Positions 20,725 through 30,121 of a stretch of DNA of 64,000 bases are shown here, piece by piece (within the stretch, counting starts at the first letter, position 1; every line of letters begins with the position of its first letter). The translations under genes were made by a program, and so were the position numbers. The stretch covers positions 1,056,001-1,120,000 of the forward strand of contig CAWFOU010000007.1 in NCBI GenBank assembly GCA_963817525.1. Direction: 5' to 3'. The stretch is from an uncultured archaeon (GTDB lineage Archaea; Thermoproteota; Nitrososphaeria; Nitrososphaerales; Gagatemarchaeaceae). The notes beneath the pieces were generated by a model. That model was not told the origin of the DNA. It saw only the letters and a list, made by a program, of their open reading frames with translations, and did not search any database.

Positions 20725-21780
20725 GTGGGGCGAGCCACTGACTCGGCGGCAGGGTTCTCGGGCGGGGAGAAGGCAAGGATCGCCCTGCTATACGGCGCCA
20801 TAATCGTCGTCACGGCGTTCGGGTTTCTGGCCTCCTTCGCCATCGGGCGCGTCGCCATCGTGCTGGCCGGGCTCGGGCTCATCTCCTACGTCCTGGGCCT
20901 CCGGCACGCGGTCGACGCCGACCACATAGCGGCCATCGACAACACCACCCGGAAGCTGCTGCAGGAGAAGAAGCGGCCCCTCGCGGTCGGAACATGGTTC
21001 TCACTCGGCCACTCCACCATAGTCGTCGGGCTCATCGTCGCCTTCGTGCTCGCCGCGCGCGCCTTCAGCTCGAGCGTCCCCACCCTCCAGGCCGACGGCA
21101 ACATAATCGGGACCCTGATATCCGGAGGCTTCCTCTGGATCATAGGCCTAGTAAACGTCGTCATAGTGGTCGGGGTCTACCAGGTCTTCAGGAAGATGAG
21201 GGAAGGGAAGCTCGACCAGAGCGAGCTCGACGACCTCATGGAAAGACGGGGCTTCATGAACCGCTACTTCCACAGGTTCTTCAAGATAGTGAACGAGCCC
21301 TGGCAGATCTACCCGATAGGGGTGCTGTTCGGCCTCGGCTTCGACACCGCCACGGAGGTGGCGCTGATTGCGATAAGCGTGGGCGTCGGGGTCTCGGCCA
21401 ACGTGCCGCTGTATTACGTGCTCGTGCTGCCGCTGATGTTCACCTGCGGGATGGTCCTAGTGGACACGACGGACGGGGTCGCCATGAGGATGGCCTACGG
21501 CTGGGCTTTCCTCAATCCCCTCAGGAAGGTCTACTACAACCTCACGGTGACGATAATATCGATAATGGTGGCTTGGGCCATCGGGTCGATAGAGCTCCTC
21601 CAAGTCCTCTCTTCGGAGCTCAATCTCTCCGGAGGGTTCTGGTTGTGGGTGGACGCCCTTAACTTCGAGACCATCGGCTACGGCATCGTGGGGCTCTTCG
21701 TCGTCTCGTGGATGGCTTCGATGGCTTATTGGCGGCTCGGCAGGTTCGAGCAGAAGTATTCTGGCGTCATTGCGGGCTAG
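20725..21780 (+). CDS. hoxN: High-affinity Ni/Co permease (HoxN/HupN/NixA, NiCoT)
   Basis: Signature RHAVDADHI, FSLGHST, GLGFDTATE. Confidence 0.93.
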   Translation: MGRATDSAAGFSGGEKARIALLYGAIIVVTAFGFLASFAIGRVAIVLAGLGLISYVLGLRHAVDADHIAAIDNTTRKLLQEKKRPLAVGTWFSLGHSTIVVGLIVAFVLAARAFSSSVPTLQADGNIIGTLISGGFLWIIGLVNVVIVVGVYQVFRKMREGKLDQSELDDLMERRGFMNRYFHRFFKIVNEPWQIYPIGVLFGLGFDTATEVALIAISVGVGVSANVPLYYVLVLPLMFTCGMVLVDTTDGVAMRMAYGWAFLNPLRKVYYNLTVTIISIMVAWAIGSIELLQVLSSELNLSGGFWLWVDALNFETIGYGIVGLFVVSWMASMAYWRLGRFEQKYSGVIAG

Positions 21781-21798
21781 GCCGCGGCGCTGACGCCT

Positions 21799-22230
21799 CT
21801 AGCCTTCTTTCAATCGCGTGACCTGACCCTGATGGCCCAGCCTCTCGGCGACGACCGGATTCGCCAAGACGTAGACAGACACCTCTCCGTCCTTCATCTC
21901 GACGCGGAGGCTGCTGAAGACGCTCCTGTACACCGCGTGCCCCTTCCCCTTGCCCGTGGCGACCTTCCGCTCGACGGTCAGCACCCCTTGGCTCACCAGC
22001 TGCTTGACCTTCCTGTAGCATGTGCTTACCGGGATTCGCTGGTCGGAGCAGATTTCTTCGACCGTCCTTCCGACCGAGACCGTCGAGCTCACTATCTTCC
22101 TCGAACACTCATCAGTGAGCGCGTCCATCAGCGCGGTCGCTGACCCGACGCTGTCGACTGGAACGGCGGCCCCTGCGTCCTTGGGTTCGGACGGTCTCCC
22201 CGTCGTGATCACGCTAGGCTGGACCGTCAC
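21799..22230 (-). CDS. Winged-HTH regulator (ArsR-like, archaeal); paralog of 43130-43633
   Basis: TVEEIC...IP.S.CYR.V..L...G, then YRS.F. Confidence 0.75.
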   Translation of the reverse strand: MTVQPSVITTGRPSEPKDAGAAVPVDSVGSATALMDALTDECSRKIVSSTVSVGRTVEEICSDQRIPVSTCYRKVKQLVSQGVLTVERKVATGKGKGHAVYRSVFSSLRVEMKDGEVSVYVLANPVVAERLGHQGQVTRLKEG

Positions 22231-22380
22231 TCGAGCTTCCCCGGCCCAACCGGTTCGATGCCGAAACCAATCCGCGAGACGTTGTGCGCGACAATCCTAG
22301 TGGGATTCCAGAAGCTCCCCACGTGATATCAGGGTTCTACCGGACATATCCGGCATCCCGTAAATACGGTCGCTTCCCGC

Positions 22381-23067
22381 GTGCGAGGCATGCGCCGTGT
22401 CGTCATGGAGCTTTCTGAGCAGGGGATGGAGAAGATGGCGGGCTTCACGCTGGAGCTCTCGAGGGATATCGAGTCATTGGAGGTCTTGCACCGCCTCAGG
22501 CACGGGACCGAAGGGTCGGCCATCGTCTGCAGGATCAAGCCGAAGGACAAAGCGGCTAAGATGGGCGAGCTGAAGTTCAAGTTCAAGAAGTTCGAGGTGC
22601 TCTCTGAGGAGGCGGACGGGTTTCTCGTCTACCTAGAGGCGGAGGCCGCTCGTCTGCCCCCGCTAGGCCCGAACCCTCCAAAAATCTTCCTCAACCTGCC
22701 CATCGAGGTCAGAGGAGGGAGTCGGAGGGTGACCATCCTCGGCGACTCTGCGGAGTTGAGGAAGCTGTTCCGATGGCTCGGTAAGAGGGGTGTCAACTTC
22801 GAAGTCCTATCGAACTCTGATGCCAGGTCCTCCCCCGAGTCTGCCCTCGGGGGCCTCTCGGGGCAGCAAAAGAAGGCGTTGTTGGCGGCCTACGCCCACG
22901 GGTACTACGAAATTCCCAGAAGGTCCCACCTGGACGAGATAGCCAGGGAGCAGAAGGTGAACAAGTCCACCTTCGCGGAGCACCTGCTGAAAGCGGAGAA
23001 CCGCCTCATAGGGAGCATCCTGGCGGAAGAGCTCAATCACCCGAACCCGGAAGGCCGCAAGGTCTAG
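22381..23067 (+). CDS. HTH_10 (bacterio-opsin activator-type) regulator
   Basis: C-terminal LSGQQ..AL..AY..GYYE.PR...L.EIA...KST..EHL.KAE. Confidence 0.85.
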   Translation: MRGMRRVVMELSEQGMEKMAGFTLELSRDIESLEVLHRLRHGTEGSAIVCRIKPKDKAAKMGELKFKFKKFEVLSEEADGFLVYLEAEAARLPPLGPNPPKIFLNLPIEVRGGSRRVTILGDSAELRKLFRWLGKRGVNFEVLSNSDARSSPESALGGLSGQQKKALLAAYAHGYYEIPRRSHLDEIAREQKVNKSTFAEHLLKAENRLIGSILAEELNHPNPEGRKV

Positions 23068-23077
23068 AGCTTGGGGC

Positions 23078-24691
23078 TCAAGTCCACTTGGCGCTGAAGT
23101 GGGCGCCGCCGGAGATGAGGGGCATGAACGGCGTCCCTGTCCCGGCGTAGAACTGTGGAAGCCACTCGTATAGCTGCAGCCTCATGTCCTGCAGGTAGAC
23201 GATCAGGCCCTCCAGGCTCATCACGGCGACGTTGAGGAAGACCGCCAGGATTATGCCGACGACGCCATACGACATCACGCCCGCGACGAGGCTCCCCAGG
23301 AGGGTCGTCGTTATCAACAGGACCCCGAGCCTGACGTAGCTGAGGGTGTTGGTGAAGAACTCGAACGGCTTCGCCACCCCTCCGAGGAGGCCCGCGCCGA
23401 GCCCCCTGACGGCGCTCTTCCACTTGCGGGTCGACAGGTAGTCGCGTATCGGCTCCCCCACGATGAGGACGGCCAGCGCGACCAGGACGACCGGAAGGGA
23501 GACGCGCGCGGTCTCGTAGACGGGGATGTCAATCCCGAGGAGGCCGTTGAAAAGGGGCGTAGGCGCGCTGCTGGTAAAGAGCACGCCAAAGTCGAGGGCC
23601 GTCCCGGCCACGGCGAGCCCCAGGGGCACCAGGAACACGTAGAGCACCACCGTGGGCAGCCTGTCCAGGAGTGCATCCAGATAGTTTCCGGCCCTCTCCT
23701 GGTTGATGAAGCCTATGGCGTAGGCGCTCGCGAGGTGGAAGGCGCCTATGGCTATCGCGACCTCGAGCAGGAACGGGATGGAAGAGAGGGTGAATGCCGC
23801 CGTGATCTCTTGGGGGAGCTTGACGACGCTCTCCAGGGGCGAGGTGAACACCACCCCGAAGATCAACCCCCTGACGAAGCCGAAGAGGGCCGCCGAGAAG
23901 CTCAGGACGAGGAGCTGCTTGCCCCACGACTTGTAGGCCGTCCGATAGATGAGGTACAGGCCCACCGCGAGGAGCGCGATCCCGTGCCCCACGTCGGCGA
24001 ACATTATGCCGAAGAAGAACGGGAAGACGAACGCGAGGATGGGGGTGGGGTCGACCTCCCCATACCGGGGGAGGCCCCGCATGAGGGTTATGCTCTCGAA
24101 GACGGAGACCAGCCGGGGGTTCACCAGGAGCGTCGGGATGTACGCCACCTCTTTGCCCTGCGTCTTGACGGGCTCGGCCGAGACAACGTAGCTGCCCAGG
24201 GATGCCCTGAACGACTCGAGTGAGTGCGCGGGGAGGAACCCCTCGAACGCCAGCCTCCCTCCATCGAGAGGGTACACGAAGATCCTCTGCAGGTCAGTGA
24301 ACACCATCAGCGACGCCTCCGGGATTGCCAGCAGGACCTCGGTGACCCCCAGCTTGTCCTTCTCCTGCTTGAAGAGCGACAGGTTCCTCTCTATGGTGCC
24401 GAGGTAGTCCTGCAGCCCTTTGAGCAGCCCTTCGATGTCGTGGGCCTCGAACCTCTCCACCTCCTTCTTCTTGCCCTCTGCGGCCCTCACTCCCCCCTTG
24501 CTCAGCAGGTCGCCGGCCCTGGTGTAGATGTCCTGCGCCTCCGACGCAAGCAGGAGTATCCCTATGTCCTGCACCATTCCCTTGCTCCTCGAGGGATGGA
24601 ACTCGGTGAACTTGATGAGCTTCGCGAGCATCACGCCGACCTCCGTCCTGGGCGCTTCCAGCCTCGCCCTGACGAGTCTAGCTACTGCCAA
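23078..24691 (-). CDS. A/V-type ATPase subunit I (a)-like protein, copy B, intact, 537 aa
   Basis: Same motifs as copy A; essential Arg kept in SYVRL; short soluble N-terminal domain. Confidence 0.88.
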   Translation of the reverse strand: MAVARLVRARLEAPRTEVGVMLAKLIKFTEFHPSRSKGMVQDIGILLLASEAQDIYTRAGDLLSKGGVRAAEGKKKEVERFEAHDIEGLLKGLQDYLGTIERNLSLFKQEKDKLGVTEVLLAIPEASLMVFTDLQRIFVYPLDGGRLAFEGFLPAHSLESFRASLGSYVVSAEPVKTQGKEVAYIPTLLVNPRLVSVFESITLMRGLPRYGEVDPTPILAFVFPFFFGIMFADVGHGIALLAVGLYLIYRTAYKSWGKQLLVLSFSAALFGFVRGLIFGVVFTSPLESVVKLPQEITAAFTLSSIPFLLEVAIAIGAFHLASAYAIGFINQERAGNYLDALLDRLPTVVLYVFLVPLGLAVAGTALDFGVLFTSSAPTPLFNGLLGIDIPVYETARVSLPVVLVALAVLIVGEPIRDYLSTRKWKSAVRGLGAGLLGGVAKPFEFFTNTLSYVRLGVLLITTTLLGSLVAGVMSYGVVGIILAVFLNVAVMSLEGLIVYLQDMRLQLYEWLPQFYAGTGTPFMPLISGGAHFSAKWT

Positions 24692-24710
24692 GTTGGAGCG
24701 CTATCCGGAC

Positions 24711-25160
24711 TCAGCGTATCACAAGGACCGCGCAGGCCGCGTACTCGACGAGGCCGGCCGCCACGCTCCCCACGAGCATCCTCCTCGAGGGGGTCGTCCC
24801 CCGGGTCCCCGTCACAATTAGGTCGGCCTTCACCGTCTCCGCGTAGCCGAGTATCGCGTCGACGACGGAGTAGGCGCCCACGACGACCTCGGTCTTCACC
24901 CCGATCCCGCTCCTCGTCGCTATCTCCTCGACGTCCTTCATCCACTTCTTCGCGTCCCTCCTCGCGCTCGCGTAGATCTCTGCAAGGTCGCCCTTCACCT
25001 CGAACGGAGGGACGGGCACGACGTGGAGCGCGACCAGCTCCGCCCCGTCCTGCCTTGCGATGCGCGCCGCGTGCTCGGCCGCCCGAAGAGAGACCTCCGA
25101 CCCGTCCACGGCCACGATTAGTCTGGTGAAGCCTCTCTTGGTCGACGAGGACGATGACAT
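24711..25160 (-). CDS. Universal stress protein (copy B)
   Basis: About 9 of 149 aa differ from copy A (counted by eye). Confidence 0.92.
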   Translation of the reverse strand: MSSSSSTKRGFTRLIVAVDGSEVSLRAAEHAARIARQDGAELVALHVVPVPPFEVKGDLAEIYASARRDAKKWMKDVEEIATRSGIGVKTEVVVGAYSVVDAILGYAETVKADLIVTGTRGTTPSRRMLVGSVAAGLVEYAACAVLVIR

Positions 25161-25274
25161 GGAGCTACTCCTGCCGTCTCGCGGCGTCGACCGCGCTGGT
25201 CGATCGTCTTTCTTCCCGCGCCCACACCTGCGCAGACACGTCCGGTTCTCTGGCGCTTTCGTATTTAATCAATT

Positions 25275-26434
25275 GAGGCATGGGCATAATTCTATCGTTG
25301 ATTGACGCGTTAGCAAAATCTGATTGAGATAGGATGCTAAGGGTCTCCGTCCCGGGAGACCTGTTGGCACAATGAATCCCGGTAGGAGACTTCCTAGCAC
25401 GATGCTACTCTCTGAGTCGTTCCTTATTGGGATTCTACGTCTAATCGGTTTGATTCCTTGGCCAACACATTCCAAGAGACGTGCTGGGAGGCCATACATC
25501 TACCCGCCTCTCGTGATGCTCAGATGCTTCATCGTGAGGGTATGGATGAGGATACCGAGCAACAACGCGCTCCACTCGTTCTTCCTCCTCTCCACAGAGA
25601 ACCCGTACAACGCGAGGATCATGATGGCGTGTGGTCTCGATAGGATTCCAGACAGGAGGACGTTCGACAGGAGGCTCAAGAACATCTCAGCCGATGGGAG
25701 CGACGAGGACCTCAGGCCGCGGATAGATGCGATGGGTCGCCTGTTCGTCGCAGAGGAGTTGATCGACCCATACATCGCGTCAGTGGACAGCACGCTCCTC
25801 AAGGCCAAGGGCCACGTATGGCACAGGAGCAGCATGGAGAAGGGTTTCGTTTACTCCGGGACAGACACGGACGCGCGGTGGGGCAAGAGCAGGACAAAGG
25901 GATGGGTCTTCGGATACAAGCTTCACATCGTGAGCAGCACGGGCTCGCTCATCGTTCCTATCTCAGCCGATTTCACCACAGCCAATATCCCTGACAGCAA
26001 GGTCTACGGGAGGGTGACCGCGTCCCTGCGCGGCGTCAGGTATGTGGATGGCGACCAGGGCTACGACGTCGACGACCTCTACGAGCTGAGCAGGGAGAGA
26101 GGGTTCGACCTCGTCTGTCCCATAGCGAGGTATGAGAACACGCATCCAGATAGGGTCGAGCTCGTGTTCTTCTACGAGTCTGAGCTCGGGCAGCTGGTAT
26201 ACTCGTGGAGGAGCAAATCGGTAGAGCCTCTCTTCGAGCAAATCAAAGATGTCTTCGGGATCGACCCTCTCCCGGTGAGAGGATTCGACAAGACGAAGAT
26301 GTCTGTCCTTCTATCGGTTCTGCTGTATCAGACGATGGTATACTACAATCATCTGACAGGGAGATCGCTGAGGGCGCTCAAACACATGCTCGGGAGTTGA
26401 GAGACCCTACACGGGACAATTATGCCCATGCCTC
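25275..26434 (+). mobile_element. Complete insertion sequence (DDE, IS5/IS982/IS4-like), 1,160 bp
   Basis: TIRs GAGGCATGGGCATAATT (25275-25291) and AATTATGCCCATGCCTC (26418-26434); TSD AATCAATT at 25267-25274 and 26435-26442; single transposase ORF. Confidence 0.93.
25372..26400 (+). CDS. DDE transposase (DDE_Tnp_1-like)
   Basis: GRP, SVDST, D.DARWG...GWVFGYKLH, GDQGYD, R.KSVEPLF..IK. Confidence 0.9.
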   Translation: MNPGRRLPSTMLLSESFLIGILRLIGLIPWPTHSKRRAGRPYIYPPLVMLRCFIVRVWMRIPSNNALHSFFLLSTENPYNARIMMACGLDRIPDRRTFDRRLKNISADGSDEDLRPRIDAMGRLFVAEELIDPYIASVDSTLLKAKGHVWHRSSMEKGFVYSGTDTDARWGKSRTKGWVFGYKLHIVSSTGSLIVPISADFTTANIPDSKVYGRVTASLRGVRYVDGDQGYDVDDLYELSRERGFDLVCPIARYENTHPDRVELVFFYESELGQLVYSWRSKSVEPLFEQIKDVFGIDPLPVRGFDKTKMSVLLSVLLYQTMVYYNHLTGRSLRALKHMLGS

Positions 26435-26574
26435 AATCAATTAAGGGACTTCTCAGAGTTGAGAATCACCAGCGCGCATAAATAGGAAGGCCGACTCAAT
26501 TGACCTTGGGAAGCCTTCAATCCTGAGAGCCCGCGAAAGAAGGTCTCTGTGCGCAGAGCGAGTGGACGACAGCG

Positions 26575-27741
26575 ATGCAAGTAACTAGGCGCGACTTTCT
26601 AAAGCTGGCAGGGGTCCTCGGCGCGGGCTTTGTCATAACAGCATATTCTCCAGGCATAAAGAAGGTCTTCGCCCAGGTGCAGTCCCAGAACGTGCACCTC
26701 ATTTGGATTCACCTCGGGTCCGACTCTGGTTGCTCGATATCGATGCTCCAGGCCTACAACCCTGACCTCATATCCTCCGTGGTCGATCTGGGACTTCAAG
26801 TGGACTTTTGGCAGGTTCTGATGACTCCCGACTACCAGATTGGGGACCTGGGGTGGATCACCGCCGGATACACGACGGAGGACACTTCGGAGCTCCCGAT
26901 CATCAACGCCGCGTTCGGGAGCGCACCGGTGGACGTGCTCGTCGTCGAGGGTACGCCGCAAGTCGCCACTCCGCCCGGCGGCGTGGCCGGAGGCTACTGC
27001 ACGGTCGGGCAGTACAACGGCCAGGACGTCACGGGGTACGAGCTGCTCCAGAAGCTCGCGGCCAAGGCCAGCTATGTGGTCGCGGTGGGCCAGTGCTCCT
27101 CATTCGGCGGCATCCCCGCGGGCAAGGGGAACCTCACGGGCGGCACCTCCGTGGTCAACGCCTTGAAGATGGCAGGGGTGAGCACGGCCAACCCTGTGAT
27201 CAACATGCCCGGATGTCCCGCCAATCCCGACTGGACCCTCGTCACGCTGGCGTCGGTCATCCAGGGCTTCAAACCCGACCTCGACAGCCTGGGACGCCCC
27301 ACCGCGTTCTACAGCGAGACCATCCACGACCATTGTCCGCGGAGGGGAGCCTACGACAAGGGCGACTTTGCGACGGTCTTCGACGACCCTTACGGCTGCC
27401 TATGGAAGCTGGGGTGCAAGGGGCCCATTACGTACGGGGCCTGCTCGCTGACCCACTGGAACTCGGGGACGGGGACGTGCACCCTCGCCGGCCCGATGTG
27501 CTGGGGGTGCATGAACGAGAGCTTTCCCGACCCGCCGACTAGCCCGTTCTTCGACGAGATCGAGCTCACGCCAGCCTTCTTCGGGGTCAACGTCAACGAC
27601 ATAGCGATAGGCGCCGCGGCGGCCACGGCCGGGGTCATAGCGGTCCACGCGGTAGCGCGGGAGCTGCGGGGGGACCGCAAGAAGGAGGACGCGGGCGCCC
27701 CGGCGGGCCACCAGGGGCAGAGCGAGGGCGGTGGCAGTTGA
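26575..27741 (+). CDS. Group 1 [NiFe]-hydrogenase small subunit, Tat-exported, with C-terminal membrane anchor
   Basis: TRRDFLK; VVEG; VGQCSSFGG; PGCP; IHDHCPR; GCLWKLGCKGP; C..WN...C..AG..C.GC; C-terminal TM with His. Confidence 0.92.
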   Translation: MQVTRRDFLKLAGVLGAGFVITAYSPGIKKVFAQVQSQNVHLIWIHLGSDSGCSISMLQAYNPDLISSVVDLGLQVDFWQVLMTPDYQIGDLGWITAGYTTEDTSELPIINAAFGSAPVDVLVVEGTPQVATPPGGVAGGYCTVGQYNGQDVTGYELLQKLAAKASYVVAVGQCSSFGGIPAGKGNLTGGTSVVNALKMAGVSTANPVINMPGCPANPDWTLVTLASVIQGFKPDLDSLGRPTAFYSETIHDHCPRRGAYDKGDFATVFDDPYGCLWKLGCKGPITYGACSLTHWNSGTGTCTLAGPMCWGCMNESFPDPPTSPFFDEIELTPAFFGVNVNDIAIGAAAATAGVIAVHAVARELRGDRKKEDAGAPAGHQGQSEGGGS

Positions 27742-29329
27742 CCAGGATAGTCGTCGACCCCGTCGCTAGGATAGAGGGGCACATGAAGGTGGAGGTCGAG
27801 GTGGACGACACAACCAACCTCGTGACCTCGGGCAAGTGCAGCGCCGTCCTCTACAGGGGTTTCGAGAACATAGTCCTGGGGAGGGACCCGAGGGACGCGG
27901 CTCCGATACTCTCAGCGATATGCGGGGTCTGCCACAGCGACCACCACATAAACTCCGTCAGGGCGGTCGAGAACGCGGCCGGGATGCTCTCCTACCCGAG
28001 CAGCTACAGCACGGAGCAGACGAGCATCCCAAAGAACGCCGTCCTGAGCAGGAACGTGATACTGGGAGCGGACTGGGCGTATTCGCACGCAGCGCACCTT
28101 CTGGTCCTCGCGGGGCCTGACTATGCGCTCTACAACCTCCTCCAGGTCCTGAGCCAGTCCGTGGTAATCACCGACTATGCGAGCCTCCTAAAATGGGCCG
28201 TGATACCCGCGCAGGCGTACATGCATCAGCTCATCACCCTCTGGGGCGGGAAGACCCCCACCAGAGGGGGTCGATCCCGGGAGGGAACCCGGTCAGGCCT
28301 ACGGCCGACGTCATCGAGCAGTCGAAGAACAAGGTCTCGAACCTCAGGACCATCACCGACGTCGTCGCCCCCGTGATCTGGAACTTCCTCACCGCGGACG
28401 CCATCCAGCTCTCCCAGCTCGGGCCAGGCCCCGGAAACTTCATCTCGCTCGGGGCCTTCCCCGACCCGACCACCTCCTCAGGAACGTCGAGCATGCCTTT
28501 GACCCTCCCGAGGGGAGTCCTGGTCTATCCGAGCACGACGCCCATCCCATTCGACCCGACCCAGATCACCGAGACCGTCCCCTACTCTTGGTACAACCAG
28601 CCGCTCTCCGTCCCCGTGATCGGAGAGCAGCCGCCCGTCCCCGACCAGACGAACCCGAACGCCTACTCGTGGGCCAAGTCGCCGCGATACGCAGGCAACC
28701 CGACCGAGAGCGGCCCGCTCGCGCGCGAATACGTCTCCGGCATATACCCGAAGCTGGGGCAGATAGTGAACAGCATAGTCCCCTCAGTGCCGGGGTTTCC
28801 CCTCAACCCCAAGGGGTCGGTCTTCGACAGGCTCGTGACGAGGGCGATAGAGCTGGTGGCTCTCGTGGGCTCGAACAACACGACGAAGAACCTCATGGCG
28901 CTAGGACAGCCGCTCAACCTCTCCCTCGTGGACGTCCTGACCGCCCTCGGCCTGCCGACGAACGGCCTCATCGAGACCTGGCTGGACGGGATGGACGTCG
29001 GTGAACCGGCCTACACTCCCTACACCGAACCCACGTCGGGCCAGGGGATGGGGCTCTGGGAGGCTCCACGCGGATCTTTGTTCCACTGGCTGAGCATAGA
29101 CTCTAGCAAAGTGAGCGACTACCAGGTCGTGGCGCCCACGACGTGGAACGTCTCCCCCAACGGCCCTCTCGAGGGCGCGCTGGTGGGGACCCCGGTCGGG
29201 ACAACGGGGACCAACCAGGACCTGAGGCAGACCGCGTGGGTGGTGAGGTCGTTCGACCTGTGCCTTGCGTGCACCGTCCACACCATCGACGCACGCGGGA
29301 ACGAGCGCTACGTCAAGATCAGGCCGTGA
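27738..29329 (+). CDS. [NiFe]-hydrogenase large subunit (one missing C in the C-run at 28255-28259)
   Basis: DPVARIEGH, RGFE, L1 AICGVC, GGKTPH after frame repair, YSWAKSPRY, EAPRG, APTTWN, L2 RSFDLCLACTVH plus a cleavable tail. Confidence 0.9.
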
Positions 29330-29339
29330 TCGTGCGCCC

Positions 29340-30092
29340 ATGCCCGAGAAGACCGTAAGGACGATGCGGCACGACCTTGCGGTGAGGCTCGTCCATTGGG
29401 CGATAGTCGTCGAGGGCGCCTTCCTGCTCCTGAGCGGGGCCCAGCTCAACGGCCTCCTCCCGTTCATCACGTGGGATCTCTACTCGTACCACATCATCGT
29501 GGGGTTCGCGTTCATAGGGACCGCGGTCATATTCTTCTACGTCGTCCTCGCCGAGCACGACTACCACTGGTTCGGGCTGCGACGGATCCCGTACTCGATC
29601 CGCTTCATTCTCGCGGAGGCTGGGTACTGGTTCAGGCTCAGGCCGAAGGTAGACGAGGCCAAGATAAAGTTCGACGCGCAGAAGGGCCAATACGTAGAGA
29701 AGCTCATACCGAGCGTCATCGTGGTCTGGTGGCTCTACATTGCGATGGGTGTCATCCTCACGCTGACCGGCCTCGCGGACGCCTTCCCGAAGACCTTCGC
29801 CTGGGAATACACGCTCTTGAACCCCATAGGCCTTGCGCTCACCGGGGTCGACGGCCTGCCGTGGATACTCGCGGTGCACAGGCTGGTCGCCGTGCTGCTG
29901 GTCTGCACCGTGGCGCTGCACCTCTACGCGTCGATCTTGTACAGGCTCGTCGGCTCCATCTTCATAGGATACAGGAACGAGCCAGTCGCGGAGAGTGAAA
30001 AGCCCCCTGCAGGACCTCCGCTCGTCGCGGCCTTTCACGCCCCCAAGGAACCCCTGGCCAAGACCCCAGACGACGAAGGACGTCACGCCTGA
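29340..30092 (+). CDS. Hydrogenase b-type cytochrome subunit
   Basis: Four TM segments with His in RLVHW, YSYHI, LAVHR and ALHLY; follows the large subunit. Confidence 0.85.
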   Translation: MPEKTVRTMRHDLAVRLVHWAIVVEGAFLLLSGAQLNGLLPFITWDLYSYHIIVGFAFIGTAVIFFYVVLAEHDYHWFGLRRIPYSIRFILAEAGYWFRLRPKVDEAKIKFDAQKGQYVEKLIPSVIVVWWLYIAMGVILTLTGLADAFPKTFAWEYTLLNPIGLALTGVDGLPWILAVHRLVAVLLVCTVALHLYASILYRLVGSIFIGYRNEPVAESEKPPAGPPLVAAFHAPKEPLAKTPDDEGRHA

Positions 30093-30121
30093 CGACGCAT
30101 GACCGCGGATCTACGAGGCGG

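Larger units (their letters stand above)
23078..25274 (-). repeat. Inverted duplication, arm B
   Basis: Reverse complement of 14272-16475. Confidence 0.9.

Noticed and set aside
14857-24691. A/V-ATPase operon
   Set aside because: Only subunit I homologs are present; no K, E, C, F, A, B or D subunits.
14272-26434. Composite transposon formed by the inverted arms and the IS
   Set aside because: The arms encode USP and subunit I, not transposase. The IS has its own TSD and is a later, independent insertion.
28250-28272. Programmed frameshift or phase variation in the hydrogenase large subunit
   Set aside because: One missing C in a short C-run restores GGKTPH; no recognisable slippery heptamer, and similar indels occur across the window.
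29245-29285. Selenocysteine ([NiFeSe]) hydrogenase
   Set aside because: The L2 Cys codons are TGC; there is no in-frame TGA.
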